Counted from the first letter of the stretch, positions 49,884 to 60,724 are shown. The stretch is 64,000 bases of DNA from Deltaproteobacteria bacterium (GCA_038133845.1 JAYPUA010000007.1:7042-71041), one strand, 5' to 3'. Numbers and translations are program-made. The notes: generated by a model not told the origin, from the sequence alone.

Positions 49884-50711
49884 TCAGCCTTCAGGCGCCT
49901 CCAGGGGCAACGGATTGCGCGGGTGCACTTTCCCAAAACGCCGGTCGCGTTCATGGAGCAGTTGCGCAGAGATGCTGATGGCAATTTCGTGCGGATGGTT
50001 GGTTCCCAGCGAGAGCCCGAGCGGGCAGGAGAAGGACTGCAGCTGTGCCTCACTGAATCCGGACTCACGCAGCTCCTTGCGCAGTGTCGCCGCCTTTGAC
50101 CGGCTCCCTATGACTCCGAGAAACGCCTGGCTGCCACGCTCCAGAAAGCGCGCGAGGATGGGACGATCGGTTGCGTGTCCCTGGGTCATGAAGAGCACGA
50201 AGGCCTCTGGAGGAATCGCGTTCACGGACTCCGAAAGCGCCTCCTCGTGACGGATCTCAAGCTTGGGAGACGAGGGCAGGCGCTCGAGCCACTCCGGGCG
50301 CGAGTCCAGGCAGATCAGGCGGCATTCCAGCGGGAGCAGCTGCGGAATCAGGGTCTGGGCCACGTGTCCGGCACCATAGATCACGATGGTCCACGGGTGG
50401 GAGCGATGCCGCTCAAAGAACAGCGTCACTGAGCCGCCACAGGTCATGCCGACGTCCTTGTTCAGGTTCCAATGCAGCAGGCGAGTGAGGGGAAGAGGTC
50501 GGGCCTCCTGTAGAAAGTCCGAGGCCTCCTGAAGCGCCTTGGCCTCCACACGCCCGCCTCCCACGGTCCCCCAATGTCTTCCGGAGGGAGTGACGAGCAT
50601 TCGGCTTCCGGAGTCCTGAGGCGTGCTGCCTTTGGCTTCCACCAGGGTCACCGCCACAAACGGGGTCCCGGAGTCCAGCAGAGTGGTGCACTCGGTCAGA
50701 AATTCACGCAT
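49884..50711 (-). CDS. XdhC/CoxI-family molybdenum cofactor insertion accessory protein
   Basis: Typical XdhC N-domain (LVEAKGSTPQDSGSRMLV...GTVGGGRVE) and a Rossmann-like second domain (IYGAGHVAQ). Confidence 0.75.
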   Translation of the reverse strand: MREFLTECTTLLDSGTPFVAVTLVEAKGSTPQDSGSRMLVTPSGRHWGTVGGGRVEAKALQEASDFLQEARPLPLTRLLHWNLNKDVGMTCGGSVTLFFERHRSHPWTIVIYGAGHVAQTLIPQLLPLECRLICLDSRPEWLERLPSSPKLEIRHEEALSESVNAIPPEAFVLFMTQGHATDRPILARFLERGSQAFLGVIGSRSKAATLRKELRESGFSEAQLQSFSCPLGLSLGTNHPHEIAISISAQLLHERDRRFGKVHPRNPLPLEAPEG

Positions 50712-50758
50712 GTGAACTCACTCACGGAAAAACGGAAAAGGGCGAATCGTCCCGGAAC

Positions 50759-51601
50759 CTACTGGGCGAGGAACTGTCGGATGCGGTGTCCGAACAGCTC
50801 GGAGCGGTCGATGCAGGGCAGGTGAGCGGCTCCTTCGATCAGGTCGAACTCGGCTCCTTCGATCAGGTCGGCCAGCTGCTTCCCAAGCTCCGGAGGAGTG
50901 GCGGCGTCTTCAGATCCACAGAGGACCAGAGTCGGGATCTTCAGGTTGCGAGTGGACTCTGTCAGGTCGGCATCGCGGAGCGCCGCGCAGGCACCCAGGT
51001 AGCCTTGCACTGGCGTCCGGAGCAGCAGGTTGCGCCACATCGGCAGCTCATCCTCTTGTTGCTGCCGATAGCCTTCCGGGAGCCAGCGCTCCAGGGAGGT
51101 GTCGGCGACCGCTTCCAATCCCTCGGCCTGCACCGTTTGGGTGCGCTGCTCCCAAAGCTCCGGCGGACCGATCACGTGTCCGGTGTCGCAGAGGACCAGC
51201 CGATAGACCCGCTCCGGGTTGCTCGCAGCCAGGGCCTGCGCGATCATGCCTCCAATGGAGAGGCCGACCACGGTAACGGAGGCGATCTCCAGATACTCAA
51301 GCAGGCGAGCCACGTCATCAGCCATCTCCGAGATCGTGTAAGGCCCCTCCGGCGCATCGGAAAGCCCGTGCCCCCGGTTGTCCATCCGAACAACCCGGAA
51401 GCGTTCTTCAAACCCGGGAACCACGCGGTCCCAGATGCGGAGGTCCGTGCCCAACGGGTTGAGAAACAGCACGGCGGGCCCTTTGGGGTTGCCGGTAATC
51501 CGATAGTGCAGTCCGATGGGGTTCAGGTTTGCGAAACGCACGTGGCCTCCTGCTGAGATGGGGGGAAGAAGCGCCTGAAAGTGGAGCCTCCGGGAAGTCA
51601 T
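50759..51601 (-). CDS. Alpha/beta hydrolase (3-oxoadipate enol-lactonase-like)
   Basis: GLSIGG nucleophile elbow. HG-type oxyanion region (VLFLNPLG). C-terminal His region. Confidence 0.75.
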   Translation of the reverse strand: MTSRRLHFQALLPPISAGGHVRFANLNPIGLHYRITGNPKGPAVLFLNPLGTDLRIWDRVVPGFEERFRVVRMDNRGHGLSDAPEGPYTISEMADDVARLLEYLEIASVTVVGLSIGGMIAQALAASNPERVYRLVLCDTGHVIGPPELWEQRTQTVQAEGLEAVADTSLERWLPEGYRQQQEDELPMWRNLLLRTPVQGYLGACAALRDADLTESTRNLKIPTLVLCGSEDAATPPELGKQLADLIEGAEFDLIEGAAHLPCIDRSELFGHRIRQFLAQ

Positions 51602-51626
51602 GCAATCCGGAGGCTCAACCGGGTGC

Positions 51627-52379
51627 TCAGAGGTGCTTTTTCAAAAAGCGGGTGGTTCGATCCCAGGCCTGCTTGGCGGAGCCTTCACGATACGCCCGGG
51701 TGTTGTCCTTGTTGGCAAAGGCGTGCCCGGCGTTTTCGTAGATGAAGATCTCATGGTCGCCTCCCTGCGTCTTCAAGGTGGCCTGAAAGGTTTTCACGTC
51801 GTCGACCTTGATCGAGCGGTCCTCGGCCCCGAAGTGTCCCATGATGCTCGCTCGCATCATGTTCAGGTCGTCCTCCGGGTTGAACTGACCGTAATAGATC
51901 ACAGAGGCACGAACTCCCAGGTCGTTCTTGGCCATCTGATAGGCCCAGCCGCCCCCGAAGCACCAGCCGACAGCGGCGACTCTGGAGGCATCCACCTCCG
52001 GATGGCTCTGCAGGTACTCAATGGCGCTCCGCAGGTTGCCGAATGCTCCATCCAGGTTGCCCCGAACGCTTCCGGCGAGCTTGCGAGCAACCTGCGGATC
52101 CTGCGTCGCCTCGCCGTTGTACATGTCTACCGCCAGGGCCACATACCCCAGGTCCGCAAACTCCTGGGCGAAGTCCCGGATGTTGTCGTTCAGCCCCCAC
52201 CACTCGTGGATCAGGATCAGCGCCGGCTTGGGGCCAGATTGATCCGGAACCACCAACGTCCCCTGAGCCTTCGGTTGTGCCGGGTCGTAAGACACCGTCG
52301 AGACCAGATTTTCCGCTTGCACGGACGCTCCCCACAAAACCAGACAGCCCACGGCCATCCACTGCTTCAATGCACTCAT
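51627..52379 (-). CDS. Secreted dienelactone hydrolase-family protein
   Basis: Signal peptide. The GWCFGGGWA nucleophile motif and the HEWWGL region are typical of the DLH family. Confidence 0.75.
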   Translation of the reverse strand: MSALKQWMAVGCLVLWGASVQAENLVSTVSYDPAQPKAQGTLVVPDQSGPKPALILIHEWWGLNDNIRDFAQEFADLGYVALAVDMYNGEATQDPQVARKLAGSVRGNLDGAFGNLRSAIEYLQSHPEVDASRVAAVGWCFGGGWAYQMAKNDLGVRASVIYYGQFNPEDDLNMMRASIMGHFGAEDRSIKVDDVKTFQATLKTQGGDHEIFIYENAGHAFANKDNTRAYREGSAKQAWDRTTRFLKKHL

Positions 52380-52529
52380 GCCACTCTCCTTGAGAATGAG
52401 GTTGGATTCACCTGTTTGGAAAAATTCGGTCCAGATCCGTTATGGCAGATTTTTCCGAAGATGCCTACCGGGGAAATGAAAATTTACCGTTTGTTTCACC
52501 TGGCAGCGGGGCTGGGGAGGCCAGAGTTG

Positions 52530-52556
52530 CCCCGGACCGGAGGGGGAGGTCCGGGG
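52530..52556. terminator. 9 bp GC-rich inverted repeat just downstream of the mrp-like gene (minus strand), a possible terminator
   Basis: CCCCGGACC-ggaggggga-GGTCCGGGG, lying 15 nt beyond the 52571 stop. Confidence 0.3.
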
Positions 52557-52570
52557 AGTGATTGCCGAGC

Positions 52571-53650
52571 TCAGCCGAGCTGTTCGAGAGACGCCACGAC
52601 GTTGTCGGCGATGGCGCGGAAGGCTCGGGTGGCAGCGGTGTCGATGCCTTGAGCCATCACGGGGGTGCCGGCGTCTCCCCCCTGGCGGACCTCCAGCTCG
52701 ATGGGGACCGCTCCGAGGAAGGGCACCTGGTACTGCTTGCTCGCCTCTTCTGCGCCGTGGCGGTTGAAGATGGGCGTCTCTTCCCCACACTTGGGACAGG
52801 CGAAGAAGCTCATGTTTTCCACAATGCCGACAATCGGGATATCGACCTTGGTGAACATGTTGACCGCCTTGGCCGCGTCGAGCAGGGCGACATCCTGTGG
52901 CGTAGAGACCACCACGGCTCCGGCCAGCTCGCAGAGTTGAGAGAGCGAGAGGTGTGCGTCGCCCGTTCCCGGAGGCATGTCGATGATCATGAACTCGCCT
53001 CCCGGCCACTCGGTGTCGCGCAGGAGCTGGTCGATGGCAGAGTGCACCATGGGACCTCGCCAGACCACGGAGGAGTCCTCCTCCACAAGGTTGCCGATCG
53101 ACATCAGGCTGATGCCGTGGGCCTCGATGGGGTGCAGTTTGTTGCCGTGAACCGCAGGCTTGGCCCCGCGCATTCCGGTCATGATTGGCATGCTCGGGCC
53201 GTAGATGTCGGCATCGAAGAGGCTGACCCGGAAGCCTTTTTGCTGGAGCGCCAAGGCAAGGTTGATGGAGACCGTTGACTTGCCCACCCCCCCTTTTCCG
53301 CTGGCAACCGCGAGCACGCAGTCGTAGTTTTGCAAGTAGGCGGTGCGTCGAGGCTGCTGTGCCGGGCGTGCGGCCTCCTGAGGCGCGGGCGATTCTTCCT
53401 CCGGAGCCCGGGCGACCACCTCCACGGCAACGCGCGAGACCGATGGGATCTTCAGCACTTCCTGCTCCACCTGTCCAGGGAGCGTGTTGCGAAAGTCCGA
53501 GCCCTCCGGGAGAATGAGCGTGATCTTTGCAAAGTCATTGTTGACGACACACCCATACACGATCTCGGTGTCGGACAAACGCTTGCCGGAATCATCCAGC
53601 ACAATGCGCCCAAAGGCGTCTTCAAACTGTTGTTGCAGCGAGGAGGACAT
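52571..53650 (-). CDS. Fe-S cluster carrier ATPase Mrp/ApbC/NBP35 with an N-terminal DUF59-like domain
   Basis: Deviant Walker A SGKGGVGKST. CPxC motif (CPKCGE). N-terminal MIP18/DUF59-like region. Confidence 0.88.
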   Translation of the reverse strand: MSSSLQQQFEDAFGRIVLDDSGKRLSDTEIVYGCVVNNDFAKITLILPEGSDFRNTLPGQVEQEVLKIPSVSRVAVEVVARAPEEESPAPQEAARPAQQPRRTAYLQNYDCVLAVASGKGGVGKSTVSINLALALQQKGFRVSLFDADIYGPSMPIMTGMRGAKPAVHGNKLHPIEAHGISLMSIGNLVEEDSSVVWRGPMVHSAIDQLLRDTEWPGGEFMIIDMPPGTGDAHLSLSQLCELAGAVVVSTPQDVALLDAAKAVNMFTKVDIPIVGIVENMSFFACPKCGEETPIFNRHGAEEASKQYQVPFLGAVPIELEVRQGGDAGTPVMAQGIDTAATRAFRAIADNVVASLEQLG

Positions 53651-53687
53651 GAAGGCTCTCGGCTTAATGGATCAAGGAAAGTAGCGC

Positions 53688-55085
53688 ATGGAAAAAGTAT
53701 ATCCCCTTGCGGAAATGAAGCAAATTTTTCATGGTCAGACGCAGCATGTGGACGAAACGGAGGGCATCTCTCGCTTCAGCACCGATACCCGAACCCTGCA
53801 GCCGGGAGACTGGTTTCTCTGCCTGCAGGGGGAGACGATGGACGGACACGACTACATCGCCCGCGCTCTTGAGGCCGGAGCAGCCGGAGTGATTGCAGAC
53901 CCGAACCGCATTCCTGCAGAGCTGCGGGAAGTCCCGTTTGCCCGCTTGCTGGTCGCAGACCCCAACTTGGCCCTTCGCCAGTGGGCCCGCGCCCACCGCA
54001 GCCAGTTCACCGGGACCGTGCTCGCGGTGACCGGAAGCAACGGCAAGACCTCCACCAAGGAGATCCTGGCCCAACTCTGTGGCCAGCTGGGAACAACCCA
54101 CGCGACCTCCGGAAACTTCAACAACTTCATCGGCGTGCCGCTGACGATCCTGGAGGCACCGCTGGAGGCCCAGTGGTGGGTCATCGAGTTGGGGACCAAC
54201 CATCCCGGAGAGATCTCCACGCTCTCGCAGATCGCCCAACCTCACGGAGGCATCCTGACAAACGTCGGAGAGAGCCACCTGGAGTTCCTGATCTCGACGG
54301 AAGGCGTTGCCCGGGAGAAGTCCGGGCTGTTCCACGGCATGGCCTCCGGAAGCCGCGTGGTTGTACCGCATGACCTGATGCATGCCGATCTGGTGGGGCA
54401 GCAGGCGCTCAAGCATGAAATCCAGCTCCAACCCTACGCGCTGGAACCTCAGGACAAGGCAACGGTCGCCTCCAAGGTCAAGTGGCAGGGGTCCGGAGTC
54501 CGATTTCACCTGTGGGAGATGGAGTTCCAAGCTGCCCTCCACAACCCGCTGCATCTGAAGAATCTGGTCGCCAGCCTGGTTCTGCTGCAGGCTCAGGGCT
54601 GCTCTGTCGAGTCCCTGAAGCAGGCGGCGGCTCAGCTGGAGGTCAGCGTTCGGGGACGCTTTCAGCAGCTTCCTCAGGACGGCTGGCTGCTGATTGATGA
54701 CAGCTACAACGCCAACCCGGACTCCTTCCGCAGCGTCATCCGCAGCGTGCGCGACATGTTTCCGGATCGCCGCCTGCTGCTTGCTGCCGGACCGATGGCC
54801 GAGCTGGGCGACTGGGCCCCGATGCTCCATCGGCAGGTCGCCCAGGCCGCCGCCGCCTGGGGCGTCTCCCATTTCTGGACGTTGCACGATCAGCGGGCAG
54901 AGTTCTACGAAATCGGCTGGGGCGAAGGGTCCGGATCCCCGGAGACCTTTCACCTCACTCCAGACCACGACACCCTCGCTGCTCAGCTCCGGAAATCTCT
55001 CCAACCTCAAGACATCGTCCTCGTCAAAGGCTCCCGCTCTGCCCGCATGGAACTCGTTGCCCAGGCCCTGCAAGCCTCCGCCTGA
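53688..55085 (+). CDS. murF: UDP-N-acetylmuramoyl-tripeptide--D-alanyl-D-alanine ligase
   Basis: Mur ligase P-loop VTGSNGKTSTKE. Mur ligase central and C-terminal domain features. 465 aa. Confidence 0.85.
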   Translation: MEKVYPLAEMKQIFHGQTQHVDETEGISRFSTDTRTLQPGDWFLCLQGETMDGHDYIARALEAGAAGVIADPNRIPAELREVPFARLLVADPNLALRQWARAHRSQFTGTVLAVTGSNGKTSTKEILAQLCGQLGTTHATSGNFNNFIGVPLTILEAPLEAQWWVIELGTNHPGEISTLSQIAQPHGGILTNVGESHLEFLISTEGVAREKSGLFHGMASGSRVVVPHDLMHADLVGQQALKHEIQLQPYALEPQDKATVASKVKWQGSGVRFHLWEMEFQAALHNPLHLKNLVASLVLLQAQGCSVESLKQAAAQLEVSVRGRFQQLPQDGWLLIDDSYNANPDSFRSVIRSVRDMFPDRRLLLAAGPMAELGDWAPMLHRQVAQAAAAWGVSHFWTLHDQRAEFYEIGWGEGSGSPETFHLTPDHDTLAAQLRKSLQPQDIVLVKGSRSARMELVAQALQASA

Positions 55086-55106
55086 TTCCCCCTGTTTGCA
55101 AATTTG

Positions 55107-55133
55107 TTAGCACTCTGATAAAGTGAGTGCTAA
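55107..55133. promoter_or_regulatory. CIRCE element (HrcA operator) in the clpB promoter
   Basis: TTAGCACTC-tgataaagt-GAGTGCTAA is a perfect match to the CIRCE consensus TTAGCACTC-N9-GAGTGCTAA. It is preceded by a TTGCAA -35-like hexamer at 55096-55101. A strong SD (AGGAGG) sits before the clpB ATG. Confidence 0.8.
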
Positions 55134-55186
55134 ATTTTGTTCCGACCTTCGGAACCCCGTGATTTGACGCGACAGGAGGAGGTTCC

Positions 55187-57790
55187 ATGAACGCGCAGAA
55201 GTTGACTCAAAAATCCATCGCTGCCATTGAGGCGGCACATTCCGAGGCGGTACGCCGCCAGCATCCGGAGATGACCGGGCTGCACTTGCTGCAGGCCTTG
55301 ATGACTCAGGAGAAGGGCCTGGTGCGGCGACTCCTGGAGAAGCAGGGAGCGGACGTCCGGGACGTGGAAGCCCGGCTGGAGCAGCAGCTGGGACAGCTGC
55401 CCGCGTTCTCTGGGAGCTCGGCCGGACGCGTTGCCGCCAGCGGTGACTTCAATCAGGCGCTGGTGCGTGCTGAAGATGAGATGAAGAAACTCGGAGACGA
55501 CTTTGTCAGCGTGGAGCACCTACTGCTGGCGCTGGTGGAGGACCGGAAGTCTCCGGCCGGGCGACTGCTTTCCGAGTCCGGGGTGGTCCGCAAGGAGTTG
55601 GAGGTGGCCCTCAACGACGTGCGGGGCGGGCAGCGTGTGACGAGTCAGAATCCGGAAGAGACCTACGAGGCGCTGGAGAAGTTTGGTACCGACCTGACTG
55701 AGCGGGCACGTTCCGGAAAGCTGGATCCGGTGATTGGGCGTGATGATGAGATCCGGCGGGTGGTGCAGGTGCTCTCCCGCAGGACCAAGAACAACCCGGT
55801 GCTCATTGGAGAGCCAGGAGTTGGCAAGACGGCGATTGCCGAGGGGCTGGCCCAGCGCATTTCGCGCAACGATGTCCCGGACAGCCTGAAGGACAAGCGG
55901 TTGGTCTCGCTGGACATGGGGGCTCTGGTCGCCGGGGCCAAGTTCCGGGGAGAGTTTGAGGAGCGCCTGAAGGCCGTCCTCAAGGAGGTTCAGCAGTCCG
56001 AGGGGCACATCATCCTCTTCATTGACGAGCTGCACACCGTGGTGGGTGCAGGAAAAGTCGATGGCGCGATGGATGCCGGAAACCTGCTCAAGCCGATGCT
56101 GGCGCGTGGTGAGTTGCACTGCATCGGCGCGACGACGCTGGACGAATACCGCAAGCACATCGAGAAGGATCCGGCTCTGGAGCGGCGCTTCCAGCAGGTG
56201 CTCGTGGGGCAGCCGGACGTCGAGGACACGATCTCGATTCTCCGGGGGCTGAAGGAACGCTACGAAATCCACCACGGCGTGCGCATCAAGGACAACGCCC
56301 TCATTGCCGCAGCGACGCTGTCAAACCGCTACATCACCGACCGCTTCCTCCCGGACAAGGCGATCGACCTGATGGACGAGGCGGCGGCACGGCTGCGTGT
56401 GGAGATCAACTCCATGCCGGCCGAGATGGATGAAATCTCCCGGCGTATCCTGCAGCTGGAGATCGAGCAGGCGGCCTTGAAGAAGGAGACGGATGCTGCC
56501 TCCAAAGAGCGGCTGGACAAGCTCGGGCGCGAGCTGGCAGATCTGCGCGATCAGTTCAACGCGATGAAGGCGCAGTGGGAGCAGGAGAAGTCCGGACTGA
56601 ACGCCGTGGCGCAGCTCAAGCAGCAGCTGGACGAGACGAACATTCAGATTGAGCAGGCGCGCCGTGCCTACAACCTGGAAGAGGCTGCCCGGCTGGAGTA
56701 CGGGGTGCTTCCAGAGTTGCGGCACCAGCTGGAGGAAGCTCAGGCGCGAGAACACGACGAGCCAAAGAACCGGCTCCTCAAGGAGGAGGTGGACGCCGAG
56801 GACATCGCGGAGATCGTGGCGCGCTGGACCGGAATCCCGGTCTCCAAGATGCTTGAAGGCGAGCACGAGAAGCTGCTTCAACTTCCGGAACACCTGCACC
56901 GGCGTGTTGTCGGACAGGACGAGGCGATTCAGGCGGTCTCCGATGCCGTCCAGCGCGCACGCTCCGGAATCAACGACCCGAACCGACCGCTCGGAAGCTT
57001 CATCTTCCTGGGACCCACCGGGGTAGGAAAGACGGAGCTGGCGCGGGCCTTGGCAGAGTTCCTCTTTGACGATGAGCAGGCGATGACTCGGCTCGACATG
57101 TCGGAGTACATGGAAAAGCACGCCGTCTCCCGCCTGATCGGAGCGCCTCCCGGGTATGTGGGGTACGACGAGGGCGGGCAGTTGACCGAGGCCGTGCGAC
57201 GCCGGCCTTATAGCGTGGTCCTGTTTGACGAGATCGAGAAGGCCCACCCGGACGTGTTCAATACCCTCCTGCAGATTCTTGATGACGGACGACTGACGGA
57301 TTCCCAGGGCCGGACCGTGGACTTCCGGAACACGCTGGTGCTGATGACCTCCAATCTGGGAAGTCAGCAGCTGATGTCGCTTACCGGAGGTGAGGAGTCG
57401 GAGGACGACTTCGTCAAGCTGGCCCAGCAGAAGTTTGCGGTCCAGGAGGCCCTGAAGCAGCACTTCCGTCCGGAGTTTCTCAACCGGATTGATGACACGA
57501 TCGTCTTTCATCCGTTGCGCAAGAAGCACATGCGAGACATCGTGCGGATCCAGCTCAACCGGCTAGGCCAGCGTCTGGCCGAGCGCCGCATTACTCTGGA
57601 ACTCCGTGAAGAGGCGCTCGACTTCCTGATTGATTCTGGATACGACCCCACGTATGGGGCACGTCCGCTCAAGCGGGCCATTCAGAAGGAACTGGAGACC
57701 CCGCTTGCCCGAGAGCTGCTCAAGGGCCGCATCCGAGACGGTCAGGCGGTGACCGTGGCGGTCGAGGGCTCAGAGCTTCAGTTTCAGTAA
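55187..57790 (+). CDS. clpB: Chaperone ClpB (Hsp104-type AAA+ disaggregase)
   Basis: 867 aa with a Clp N-domain, two AAA+ modules ([13 protein letters not shown] and [12 protein letters not shown]) and the coiled-coil middle domain. Confidence 0.95.
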   Translation: MNAQKLTQKSIAAIEAAHSEAVRRQHPEMTGLHLLQALMTQEKGLVRRLLEKQGADVRDVEARLEQQLGQLPAFSGSSAGRVAASGDFNQALVRAEDEMKKLGDDFVSVEHLLLALVEDRKSPAGRLLSESGVVRKELEVALNDVRGGQRVTSQNPEETYEALEKFGTDLTERARSGKLDPVIGRDDEIRRVVQVLSRRTKNNPVLIGEPGVGKTAIAEGLAQRISRNDVPDSLKDKRLVSLDMGALVAGAKFRGEFEERLKAVLKEVQQSEGHIILFIDELHTVVGAGKVDGAMDAGNLLKPMLARGELHCIGATTLDEYRKHIEKDPALERRFQQVLVGQPDVEDTISILRGLKERYEIHHGVRIKDNALIAAATLSNRYITDRFLPDKAIDLMDEAAARLRVEINSMPAEMDEISRRILQLEIEQAALKKETDAASKERLDKLGRELADLRDQFNAMKAQWEQEKSGLNAVAQLKQQLDETNIQIEQARRAYNLEEAARLEYGVLPELRHQLEEAQAREHDEPKNRLLKEEVDAEDIAEIVARWTGIPVSKMLEGEHEKLLQLPEHLHRRVVGQDEAIQAVSDAVQRARSGINDPNRPLGSFIFLGPTGVGKTELARALAEFLFDDEQAMTRLDMSEYMEKHAVSRLIGAPPGYVGYDEGGQLTEAVRRRPYSVVLFDEIEKAHPDVFNTLLQILDDGRLTDSQGRTVDFRNTLVLMTSNLGSQQLMSLTGGEESEDDFVKLAQQKFAVQEALKQHFRPEFLNRIDDTIVFHPLRKKHMRDIVRIQLNRLGQRLAERRITLELREEALDFLIDSGYDPTYGARPLKRAIQKELETPLARELLKGRIRDGQAVTVAVEGSELQFQ

Positions 57791-57815
57791 GCAGCACCGG
57801 AGGCAGGTGGAACTT

Positions 57816-58670
57816 TCAGTCCACCTGCGGTGCGGGCCGGGTTCGACGGAGGAGGAGCACCACGAGCAGGACATAGAGGAAGCTGCGCAGCATCCCTTCA
57901 AAGACCTGCTCGGTGAGCAGCAACGGGGAGACGTCGTTGAAGTTGGCAAAGGCTGGAGCGAAGTCGGAGACGATGAAGACCAGCGAGCCCAGGACGACGG
58001 TCAGTTCCACGGCGCTCCTGAGGTACAGGCTGAGGAGCGGCCAGAGAACAAGGGCCACGAACACGCCTTGCAGGCTGAGGATCAGGATCTTCTCCTCCGG
58101 AGCCCACGGCGGGGTGGTCAGCAGCCCGTGAATGCGCTCCCAGAATCCCAGCGAGGCTCCGGACTCCTGAAACATCTCCCGAAAGGCGAGGGTCAGCGCC
58201 GCGAAGGCCACCCCACACAGGAGAAGGGCCCCGAGGTCTCGGAGGTTGCGATCGCGGAGCAGCCGCTTCCGAAAAATTCTCCCGGATACCGTGGAGTGCG
58301 GTGCCGGGATGAGGATCGGCCCGACCAGCGCCATGAAACTCATCGCGATGACCTCAACCGTCAGGCGGTCTCTGATCTCCTCATGCAACGCCCCCCGGAA
58401 CACCCACAATTCCACCAGGTGCTCCCCAGGACCGAGCACCAGCAGCAGCATCCCGAATACCCCCAGGGCCGAGGGATAAAACCAGTAGATGTTCTTCAGG
58501 AGCGGACGCAGCGAAAAGCCGATGAGGACTCCAGCCAGAAACTGCATGGTGAAGTCGGCCTGCATCGCCCATTCCGGGTCCATCAGCCGTAACGCCAACA
58601 TCTTGGCGATCGCGTATGCCGCGCCGAGTGCGGTGGGAGAGAGGTACTTGCCCAGGCTGGTCGCCAGCAT
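57816..58670 (-). CDS. Polytopic membrane protein, hypothetical
   Basis: Multiple TM helices. Start placed at the internal Met (MLATSLGKY) because the longer ORF would overlap the divergent fructosamine kinase start. Confidence 0.45.
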   Translation of the reverse strand: MLATSLGKYLSPTALGAAYAIAKMLALRLMDPEWAMQADFTMQFLAGVLIGFSLRPLLKNIYWFYPSALGVFGMLLLVLGPGEHLVELWVFRGALHEEIRDRLTVEVIAMSFMALVGPILIPAPHSTVSGRIFRKRLLRDRNLRDLGALLLCGVAFAALTLAFREMFQESGASLGFWERIHGLLTTPPWAPEEKILILSLQGVFVALVLWPLLSLYLRSAVELTVVLGSLVFIVSDFAPAFANFNDVSPLLLTEQVFEGMLRSFLYVLLVVLLLRRTRPAPQVD

Positions 58671-58812
58671 GAATGTGTCGAGAGAGTGGGTTTTGGATTG
58701 TGCCTTGCCGGGTTTTGCAGGAGCTTGGGAAGCTGCAACGCGATGAGTTGCTCTGTCCCTCAAACACTCCGGGAGCCGCTGAAGGAAGCTCTCGAACGCC
58801 TGCAAAGACTGC

Positions 58813-59679
58813 GTGGTCACGTCGATCCTGAAGCAAATAGAAGCCCAACTCGGAGAGCCGGTAGTGGATCAGTCGCGCGCTACCGGGGGCTGCATCGCTG
58901 ATGCACAGATACTCAGGCTTCAGTCCGGACGTCGCGTGTTCCTCAAGCAGGCCCGCCCCGGGCAAGACCGACAGATGCTTCATGCGGAGGCGCAGGGCCT
59001 GCGTGAGTTGCGGCGCTCCCAAACGGTCCGGGTACCGGAACTGATCGCTGGAGCGCCCGACTTCCTGCTACTCGAGTATATCCCATCTGGAGCGGCACGT
59101 CCCGGATCCTACCATCAGCTGGGTCGGCAGTTTGCTCGCTTGCACCAGTTCCGGGGTTCGAGGTTCGGATTCTCTGAGGACAACTTCCTGGGAGCCTCGC
59201 CCCAGTCCAATCGGGCAGAGTCCGCAGAGCAGCAGAACTGGTGCGCGTTTTATGCCACGCACCGGTTGGAGTTTCAGGGGCAACTGGCAGAGCAAAAGGG
59301 CTTGGCAACTCCGGAACTTCGGCGAGGCTTGACGCGTCTCTTGGAGCGCCTGCCTGAACTGCTTCAGGGGACGGAAGAGCCCCCTTCGCTGCTGCACGGG
59401 GACCTCTGGTCAGGGAATCACCTGATGGATGCCGAAGGGCAGGGCTGGCTGATTGATCCGGCAGTCTACTATGGGCATCGGGAGGCTGACTTGGCGATGA
59501 CCACGCTGTTTGGGGGCTTCCCTTCAGAGTTCTATCAAGGGTATGATGAAGTGTATCCACGCTTGCCCGGGTGGCAGCAGCGCGAACCTCTTTATCACCT
59601 GTACCACTTGCTCAACCACCTGAACCTGTTTGGCGGCAGCTATGCTGGACAGATTCAGCGCATCCTCTCCCGCTACTGA
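58813..59679 (+). CDS. Fructosamine/ketosamine-3-kinase family protein
   Basis: HGDLWSGN and IDPAVYYGHREADL motifs of the FN3K family within a protein-kinase-like fold. Confidence 0.8.
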   Translation: MVTSILKQIEAQLGEPVVDQSRATGGCIADAQILRLQSGRRVFLKQARPGQDRQMLHAEAQGLRELRRSQTVRVPELIAGAPDFLLLEYIPSGAARPGSYHQLGRQFARLHQFRGSRFGFSEDNFLGASPQSNRAESAEQQNWCAFYATHRLEFQGQLAEQKGLATPELRRGLTRLLERLPELLQGTEEPPSLLHGDLWSGNHLMDAEGQGWLIDPAVYYGHREADLAMTTLFGGFPSEFYQGYDEVYPRLPGWQQREPLYHLYHLLNHLNLFGGSYAGQIQRILSRY

Positions 59680-59741
59680 AGGTCCTCCTGAGACTCGAAC
59701 CTCCGTCGCTTGGCGACATCACCCGCATTTTCTGAAGATCC

Positions 59742-60185
59742 ATGATTGACAAAAAACTGATTGGCCACGTGTTTGCTCCGGTAGAACTTCCTGTGGAGGA
59801 AGGGCGCCTGAAGTTTGTGGCCAAGGCGTTGGGGCAGACCGACCCTGTCTACACCGATCGGCAAGCCGCTCAGGCTGCAGGCTACCCGAATCTCCCGGCA
59901 CCGCCGACCTTCCCCTTCATGCTGGAGGCGGACGCGTTGGACCTCATGGGGTTCTGTGAATTCCTGGGGCAGGATCTGGGAAGGCTGCTCCACGCGGAGC
60001 AGAGCTATACCTACCACCAGCCGATCTGCGCTGGAGACCGCATTACCTTTGTCAAGACCATCCGCGAGATCTTTGACAAGAAGAACGGGGCCCTGGAGTT
60101 TGTGATCTCGGACAACACCCTGACCAATCAGGACGGGGTGCTCTGTGCCGAGAGCCGAACCAACTATGTCTTCCGCAACGCCTGA
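59742..60185 (+). CDS. MaoC-like hot-dog dehydratase subunit (N-terminal-type partner)
   Basis: 147 aa hot-dog fold protein adjacent to a MaoC dehydratase. The arrangement resembles two-subunit (R)-specific hydratases. Confidence 0.65.
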   Translation: MIDKKLIGHVFAPVELPVEEGRLKFVAKALGQTDPVYTDRQAAQAAGYPNLPAPPTFPFMLEADALDLMGFCEFLGQDLGRLLHAEQSYTYHQPICAGDRITFVKTIREIFDKKNGALEFVISDNTLTNQDGVLCAESRTNYVFRNA

Positions 60186-60196
60186 GGAGCCTGAAC

Positions 60197-60610
60197 ATGA
60201 TGCCGAAATATGCCGAATGCAACGTAGGAGACGCGCTTCCTGCAATGACCACACAACCGATTTCCCGACACACGCTAGCCCTCTACTGTGGGGCCTCCGG
60301 GGATCACAACCCGATTCATGTTGATATTGACTATGCAAAATCAGCAGGCCTGGAGGACGTGATCGCCCACGGGATGCTCTCCATGGGATACGTCGCCCGG
60401 ATGCTCACGCAGTGGGTGCCTCAGCAGCAGATCCGCAGCTACAAGGCTCGCTTCACCGCAATGACCCACATCGGGGACACGGTAACCTGTACCGGGCGCA
60501 TTGCCGAGAAGTGGGAAGAGTCCGGGGAGCAGCGAGTTCGGGTAGAACTGTTTGCCGAAACCCCGCAGACACAGACCATCATCGCCGAGGCCGTGGTCGC
60601 CTTGGACTGA
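60197..60610 (+). CDS. MaoC-family (R)-specific enoyl-CoA hydratase/dehydratase
   Basis: Hydratase motif region GDHNPIHVDIDYAKSAG (D-x4-H). 137 aa. Confidence 0.75.
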   Translation: MMPKYAECNVGDALPAMTTQPISRHTLALYCGASGDHNPIHVDIDYAKSAGLEDVIAHGMLSMGYVARMLTQWVPQQQIRSYKARFTAMTHIGDTVTCTGRIAEKWEESGEQRVRVELFAETPQTQTIIAEAVVALD

Positions 60611-60724
60611 GGCCCACTTCCGTCCCGGTCGCTTTGGAGCAGAAAGGCGCCGCTCTCTCTGCTCCTGCGGCATTTCGGGCAATGGATCCCAACCCATCCG
60701 TTCCCTCTTCATCAAACCGTATCG

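Noticed and set aside
53664-57529. Long minus-strand ORFs opposite murF (469 aa) and clpB (402 aa, 251 aa)
   Set aside because: They are shadow ORFs of strongly supported genes.
57830-57860. GGTTCGA-containing stretch checked as a possible tRNA T-arm
   Set aside because: It lies inside a coding frame and no cloverleaf (acceptor or anticodon stems) can be built around it. No tRNA-like structure was found in any intergenic region of the window.
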